Below are positions 59,506 to 64,000 of a stretch of DNA of 64,000 nt, piece by piece. Below the pieces are notes generated by a model. The model did not search any database. It had not been told where the DNA came from and was given only the letters and a program-made list of their open reading frames with translations. The stretch comes from an uncultured Syntrophaceae bacterium (GTDB lineage: Bacteria > Desulfobacterota > Syntrophia > Syntrophales > UBA8958), in contig CAZBME010000015.1 of NCBI GenBank assembly GCA_964492965.1, positions 13,927 through 77,926 on the forward strand, written 5' to 3'. The first letter of the stretch is position 1. Every line of letters begins with the position of its first letter. The position numbers and the translations under genes were made by a program.

Positions 59506-59748
59506 CTTTTTTGATACAAAGCCAAATACTCTATAAGTAGTTGTATCTAAAGGATGTTATTGAAATCCGGATGGGGAAATTTATTTGTTTTCAGGGCGGA
59601 TGGCGGCTGCTTTTTCAATGAATGATTAAAATCTATTTAACGAAATGATGGAAAAGAAGTCTTGAATAACTGAGAGATTCAAGGCGGGCCAGTTTTCCTT
59701 GGTCGGGTGATTGACGGGGTTGGGATAATCCCGGGGAAGCCATGCCTG

Positions 59749-60066
59749 TCAGCCTTTTTCTATATGTGACTTAGCCGTTTTAATCGCCAGGCCTTTATCT
59801 TTCGTGAACATCCACCACTGCGGCTGTGTCGTGTGGGGCCCCTTCTCCTTCTCTTTGTCATGGCCTCTGCAATAGTACCAGTTTCCGAACCGTTCAACCG
59901 TAGAAAAAGGATGACGGCCTGTGCAGAGAATACTGCATGGTCTAAGCTCCACAAAAAAGATGGTTTCGTCAGGACCTTCTTCATCATCCAGATCATCAGG
60001 CAGGACCATGCAAGACACATCCTTGCCTTCGGCTTCCTCGCTGTCTAACCATTCTGAAATAGTCAT
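59749..60066 (-). CDS. Hypothetical protein, Cys/His/Trp-rich
   Basis: 105-aa ORF co-directional with its neighbours. Confidence 0.65.
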   Translation of the reverse strand: MTISEWLDSEEAEGKDVSCMVLPDDLDDEEGPDETIFFVELRPCSILCTGRHPFSTVERFGNWYYCRGHDKEKEKGPHTTQPQWWMFTKDKGLAIKTAKSHIEKG

Positions 60067-60113
60067 AGATCATTTTCTCTTTTCAAAAAATGATGGCAAT
60101 GCTTGATCATCGA

Positions 60114-60359
60114 TTATATTGCATCAAGCTTCTTTAAGATGGGGTCATCCGCCAGAAATACATTGGTGGTTTCTGCTACATCATCAAAAATGAGAACGGC
60201 AACCCCGGTTTCAAGCTTGTATTTTGCTTGTTTGAATCTTGTTTCCGGAGAAGCCTCTACTTCGCCATAATCGGTTCCATCTCTGGAAATAAATTCTTCG
60301 ATCACGCCTCGCAAGGCTTCAGGGCTGAGTTTCTGGACGGGAATTTTATGGATTGACAT
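60114..60359 (-). CDS. YheU family protein
   Basis: IPVQKLSPEALRGVIEEFISRDGTDYGE. Confidence 0.88.
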   Translation of the reverse strand: MSIHKIPVQKLSPEALRGVIEEFISRDGTDYGEVEASPETRFKQAKYKLETGVAVLIFDDVAETTNVFLADDPILKKLDAI

Positions 60360-60391
60360 CTATGCTTGTGCCTGTTTTCGTATAAGAGGCT

Positions 60392-60943
60392 TCACTTGTT
60401 TATCTCTTTCATAATGTAACGGAAAACGCAGTGGTCTTTACCCGACTGGTGGCGATCCTCAAGGATAAGCTTCACGTCGGCATTATAGCCTTCGAGTATG
60501 GCATAATCGACGTATTTACAGTAAAACTTCGCGACGCCTCCCAGACCAAACGCCTGGGCTGCGTTCCAGAAAGCACACTCTCCGGCTTTCACGACAAGGT
60601 CATCGTTATCCAGATCCGGGTGCGGGTCGAAATTGCGTGAGTCTATGTCGCTGTATATGAGCCAGTTCTTCAAAGTCAGCGGCTTGCCCAGACTGGTAAC
60701 AATAGAGGCAATGCGCTTTCCTCTGGCACGGCCAAAGTCCTCGATGGCTTTTTTCAGCAATAACTCTCCTTTTTCCTGTCCAAGCTCCTGCATGACCGCC
60801 CGAGCCGTAAACGCAAACAGCACGGCGCCCAGGCCAAAACCCGGAATCTGGTATTCATCACCAATTTCTTGCTTCTTCGTTAAAACATCTGCCATGTAAG
60901 ACCAATCAAAACCTTCGGTCTTCTCTTTTTCCAGATCTTCCAT
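60392..60943 (-). CDS. L-2-amino-thiazoline-4-carboxylate hydrolase-like family protein
   Basis: AIEDFGRARG, CAFWNA, YCKYVDYAILEGYN, GKDHCVF. Confidence 0.75.
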   Translation of the reverse strand: MEDLEKEKTEGFDWSYMADVLTKKQEIGDEYQIPGFGLGAVLFAFTARAVMQELGQEKGELLLKKAIEDFGRARGKRIASIVTSLGKPLTLKNWLIYSDIDSRNFDPHPDLDNDDLVVKAGECAFWNAAQAFGLGGVAKFYCKYVDYAILEGYNADVKLILEDRHQSGKDHCVFRYIMKEINK

Positions 60944-61027
60944 AATAATTTCTCCCTCATGGCTCATGTCGTCTGTGCCGGGTGCCGGTCATGGATTATC
61001 ATTGGGCCATGGCGGCGATGCCTTTGG

Positions 61028-61597
61028 CTATTCCAGCAAGTGGCTTCCAAGGAGATAGGCTTTTTGCATTATATCCCTGTCTTCGGTCACCATTGGTTTA
61101 TCGTCCTTATCAAGGTTGCAGGCTAACAGGCTGCCCTTTATCTCATAACCAAAGACCTTCATCACCGCGCGAAAGGTCTTGATCGCAGGCAAAAAGAGAT
61201 TTTGATCCGGTTGATTCTGCGTAAAAATCAAAGCGGCTTTTTTCCCTTTGGGCAGTTTGGAATTCAACTGCTTATCGATATAAGGGTACATCCGATCCAA
61301 CCATGTCTTGGTCTGAGCGGTAACACCCGCAAAATAAATTGGCGATGCCACAATCAAACCAGCGCTGGATTCGATTGCCTGATGGATATTTTGTATGTCG
61401 TCTTTAATGACACAGGTTGTCGTATCGTTCTTCTTACATTGATTGCAAGCTTGGCAGCCTTTAATATCCATCTCATTGAGATAAAATATTTCGCTGGAAA
61501 TCCCGACATCGGCCAGCCCTTTTTGAGCTTCCTTAACCAGAATATCCGTATTGCTGCCTGTCCGGGGACTACCGAACACAATCGCTACTTTTTGCAT
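61028..61597 (-). CDS. Iron-sulfur flavoprotein (Isf-like flavodoxin family)
   Basis: GSPRTGSNT, CQACNQC-x7-C, ASPIYF, KTWLDR. Confidence 0.88.
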   Translation of the reverse strand: MQKVAIVFGSPRTGSNTDILVKEAQKGLADVGISSEIFYLNEMDIKGCQACNQCKKNDTTTCVIKDDIQNIHQAIESSAGLIVASPIYFAGVTAQTKTWLDRMYPYIDKQLNSKLPKGKKAALIFTQNQPDQNLFLPAIKTFRAVMKVFGYEIKGSLLACNLDKDDKPMVTEDRDIMQKAYLLGSHLLE

Positions 61598-61696
61598 GCC
61601 TTTTCTCCTGGAGGCTTTATGCTTGCGGGCCCCTCGAAGGGGCCTGATCGCAAACGAAATCCCAAAACCATCATCGTCTGGATTCTTGTAACACCT

Positions 61697-61730
61697 GTGA
61701 TTCCCGCAGCGGCTTTTATCGGGAATCCAG
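61697..61730 (+). repeat. GTSATTCCCG...CGGGAATCCAG type REP-like palindrome
   Basis: GTGATTCCCGCAGCGGCTTTTATCGGGAATCCAG, among further hairpins between 61627 and 61800. Confidence 0.55.
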
Positions 61731-61807
61731 ATTTTATCCTCCCGAAATTGTCAACCTCTGGGAGGGCCCCCGCCGCAACCAAAACCCTCGAGACTGGCGC
61801 CTCTTTG

Positions 61808-63037
61808 CTATTTTTTCCAGGCACACAGATCATTGGCGGTCCAATCCTGCAACAATATGGAATTGCCGCCAGGACCACATTTATGGATTTGGACAGCGTC
61901 CGCTCCCTGACGACGATCCGCCGTCCAAGTGATCGGCGGTCCCAGTCCTTTCCAATTTCTAAATGACTCGAGCGCCTTAACTGCAGCTTCTGTACTTAGA
62001 TCCCGTCCTACACGCTTCAATGCCTCGATCAGGGGTTCAGCAACCGTTATACCGGAGATTGTTGTAATTCCCCATGGTTCTTCCGGCGCAAATTTCTTTG
62101 CGGCTTCCCGGTATTTCAAGAGCGCAGGGTCTTTTGATTGCGGCATGGGATAGATTGCCGGAGTGATAACGCCTTCCCAGAGGCCTCCCGAGATTTTGTG
62201 CAGCAACTGATAATCGCTATTGCCGTCAAAGGAGAAAAACTGGGGATTATAGTTTATCGATTTAGCGGTTTTGACAGCCAATATTGCCTGAGACGGATTC
62301 AGCCACAAAACAGCGGCGTCCACTCCCGAGTTTTTTAGCCTTAACAGTTGGGAGCCAAAGTCTTTGTCGGTCGTTTCAACAGGTATTTGTGCAACCAATT
62401 GCATCCCATAGGCATCCAGCCGTTGCTTGACCCCTTTTAACCCGTTAATGCCGAAGACGTCATTCTGATAGATCACACCTATCTTTTTTAATTGAAGTTT
62501 CTTGACAATAAATTGGGTGAGAATACTTGCAGAATCCTCATAAACCGGAACAAAAGAAAAAAGATAGCGGTTTGGCGGAACGCCGGGCTTTATGTTGGCC
62601 TCCAGGACCGGACTTATGCCGGCTGTCCCCGCAGTACAAATAATGACCTTATGCTCAGCCAAATAATCCTTCACGGCATTCCCGCAGGCGCTCGATACAA
62701 TACCAGTGATAGCGAATATGCCGATCTTTTCGACCAGCTCTTTAACAACTGCTTTGGCTACGGCGGGATTATACTGATCGTCTCTTACATAATATTTAAT
62801 TTTTCGGCCGTAGATGCCTCCTTGCTCATTAATCATTTGATAAACGATATTAGGACTTCGACCGTGTCCTCCCCACGCGGCGGCAACACCGGTCTGGGGG
62901 CTAAAGTTACCAATCCTTATTTCTTTATCGTCAAAGCCCGGGTTACCTGCAAAAACATGATTTGGCATTATACAGACACAGACGATACCGAGCCAAAACA
63001 CCAATAACATAAGAACTGCATCACGTTTTAAATACAT
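61808..63037 (-). CDS. ABC transporter substrate-binding protein, branched-chain amino acid (LivJ-like) family
   Basis: Signal peptide, INEQGGIYGRKI, DDQYNP, YQNDVFG; ATG 63037 after GGAGG. Confidence 0.88.
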   Translation of the reverse strand: MYLKRDAVLMLLVFWLGIVCVCIMPNHVFAGNPGFDDKEIRIGNFSPQTGVAAAWGGHGRSPNIVYQMINEQGGIYGRKIKYYVRDDQYNPAVAKAVVKELVEKIGIFAITGIVSSACGNAVKDYLAEHKVIICTAGTAGISPVLEANIKPGVPPNRYLFSFVPVYEDSASILTQFIVKKLQLKKIGVIYQNDVFGINGLKGVKQRLDAYGMQLVAQIPVETTDKDFGSQLLRLKNSGVDAAVLWLNPSQAILAVKTAKSINYNPQFFSFDGNSDYQLLHKISGGLWEGVITPAIYPMPQSKDPALLKYREAAKKFAPEEPWGITTISGITVAEPLIEALKRVGRDLSTEAAVKALESFRNWKGLGPPITWTADRRQGADAVQIHKCGPGGNSILLQDWTANDLCAWKK

Positions 63038-63073
63038 GTCGCCTCCTTCTGTTTTAATGAATGACATCACTAA

Positions 63074-64000
63074 TTATTGTACAGTCATGACCGGAAGGGA
63101 AAAAAAGAACTCTGAGCCCTTTCCCATTTCCGATATGAACCATATTCTTCCCTCATTCGCTTCGACGATTTTCTTTGCGATGAGTAAACCCAGCCCGGTG
63201 CTGCGTTCTCCGGATGTAGGCTCGACAGAGGTTTTCCCGAAGGCCCTGAAAAGTTTGTGCTGTTCTCTTTCCGGAATGCCGGGACCCTGGTCGGCAACAG
63301 ATATGACGATTTCACTGCTCTCATAACGAAGACGCACAATAATATCCGTGCCCGGTTGAGAATACTTCATCGCATTGGAAAGGAGATTGTTGAGCACCTG
63401 CTCGATTCTGTTTATATCGACGAAAACCTGAGGCAGCCCTTCTGGATGAAATAGGGCTATTTTCATATCTTTTTTTGAAGCGAACAACCTGTTGGTTTCA
63501 ATAATTCTCGTAATCGGAACAGATAAATCGACCAACTGCTTCTCGATGGTCAGGTGACCGGATTCGATCACGGATATATCGAGAAGATTATTGATAAGTC
63601 CGAGCATGAACTCACTCGAATTGTGGATAATATCGAAACATCTAATTTGGCTTGGGGTCAGTGAAGGCGATAGTTCCTCAACCAGAAATTCGCTGAAACC
63701 CTTTATCGCGTTAATCGGATTACGAAGATCATGTGCCGCCATTCCCATAAAGTGGTTTTTCAGATCGTTCAGAGCTTTTAGTTCGATCTGCTGCCGTCGA
63801 AGGCGCAGGTGGGTTTGCACGCGGGCCAAGACAATGGGCGGGCTGATTGGTTTCGTGATGTAATCTACGGCGCCGAGGTCAAAGCCCTTCATCTCATCCT
63901 CTTCTTCGGCTTTGGCTGTGAGAAAAATGACGGGGATATCCTTCGTTTCAGCGTTTTCCTTGAGATAGCGGCAGGCTTCATAACCATCCATGACGGGCAT
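63074..64000 (-). CDS. Hybrid response regulator/histidine kinase (REC-HisKA-HATPase), 5' end outside the window
   Basis: MPVMDG...DYITKP receiver end, [25 protein letters not shown]. Confidence 0.92.
   Translation of the reverse strand: MPVMDGYEACRYLKENAETKDIPVIFLTAKAEEEDEMKGFDLGAVDYITKPISPPIVLARVQTHLRLRRQQIELKALNDLKNHFMGMAAHDLRNPINAIKGFSEFLVEELSPSLTPSQIRCFDIIHNSSEFMLGLINNLLDISVIESGHLTIEKQLVDLSVPITRIIETNRLFASKKDMKIALFHPEGLPQVFVDINRIEQVLNNLLSNAMKYSQPGTDIIVRLRYESSEIVISVADQGPGIPEREQHKLFRAFGKTSVEPTSGERSTGLGLLIAKKIVEANEGRIWFISEMGKGSEFFFSLPVMTVQ

Noticed and set aside
61585-61878. 97-aa ORF or c-di-GMP riboswitch upstream of the Isf gene
   Set aside because: The ORF overlaps both neighbours and runs through palindromic repeats; no GEMM consensus was seen
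1-64000. CRISPR arrays, tRNA/rRNA genes, intact IS elements, selenocysteine read-through
   Set aside because: No regularly spaced repeats, cloverleafs, transposase ORFs or convincing in-frame TGA at a Cys position were found by eye

Overview
64 kb of mostly core chromosome from an anaerobic deltaproteobacterium (Desulfobacterota, probably Syntrophales-like; inferred from gene content and protein style, not from a marker gene). Core content: CDF transporter, alternative haem biosynthesis cluster (ahbC-hemB-ahbD-ahbA), polA, an L,D-transpeptidase, an ECF transporter operon, glmM, purL/purQ, ctpA-TPR-LolB-like genes, the complete tol-pal operon, epmB-efp-epmA, copZ-copA, lsrF, gltA, plsC and ftsK. 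After ftsK (56.4 kb onward) the sequence becomes a patchier accessory region. No rRNA, tRNA, CRISPR array or intact transposase was recognised. Best leads: (1) a 181-bp internally deleted group IIC intron (5' domain I joined to domain VI) at a TGGT|T site in an attC-like hairpin that closes a decayed, integron-cassette-like nicotinamidase gene whose catalytic Cys is now Ser; (2) a secreted superoxide-reductase-like protein whose mature N-terminus is predicted to be His and whose fourth His ligand is lost, near copZA and a rubredoxin fusion; (3) a 5TMR-LYT/PP2C sensor phosphatase tightly linked to a QueT-type ECF transporter. All calls come from motif reading by eye, with no database searches; several start codons were moved from the ORF track to better RBS-supported positions.
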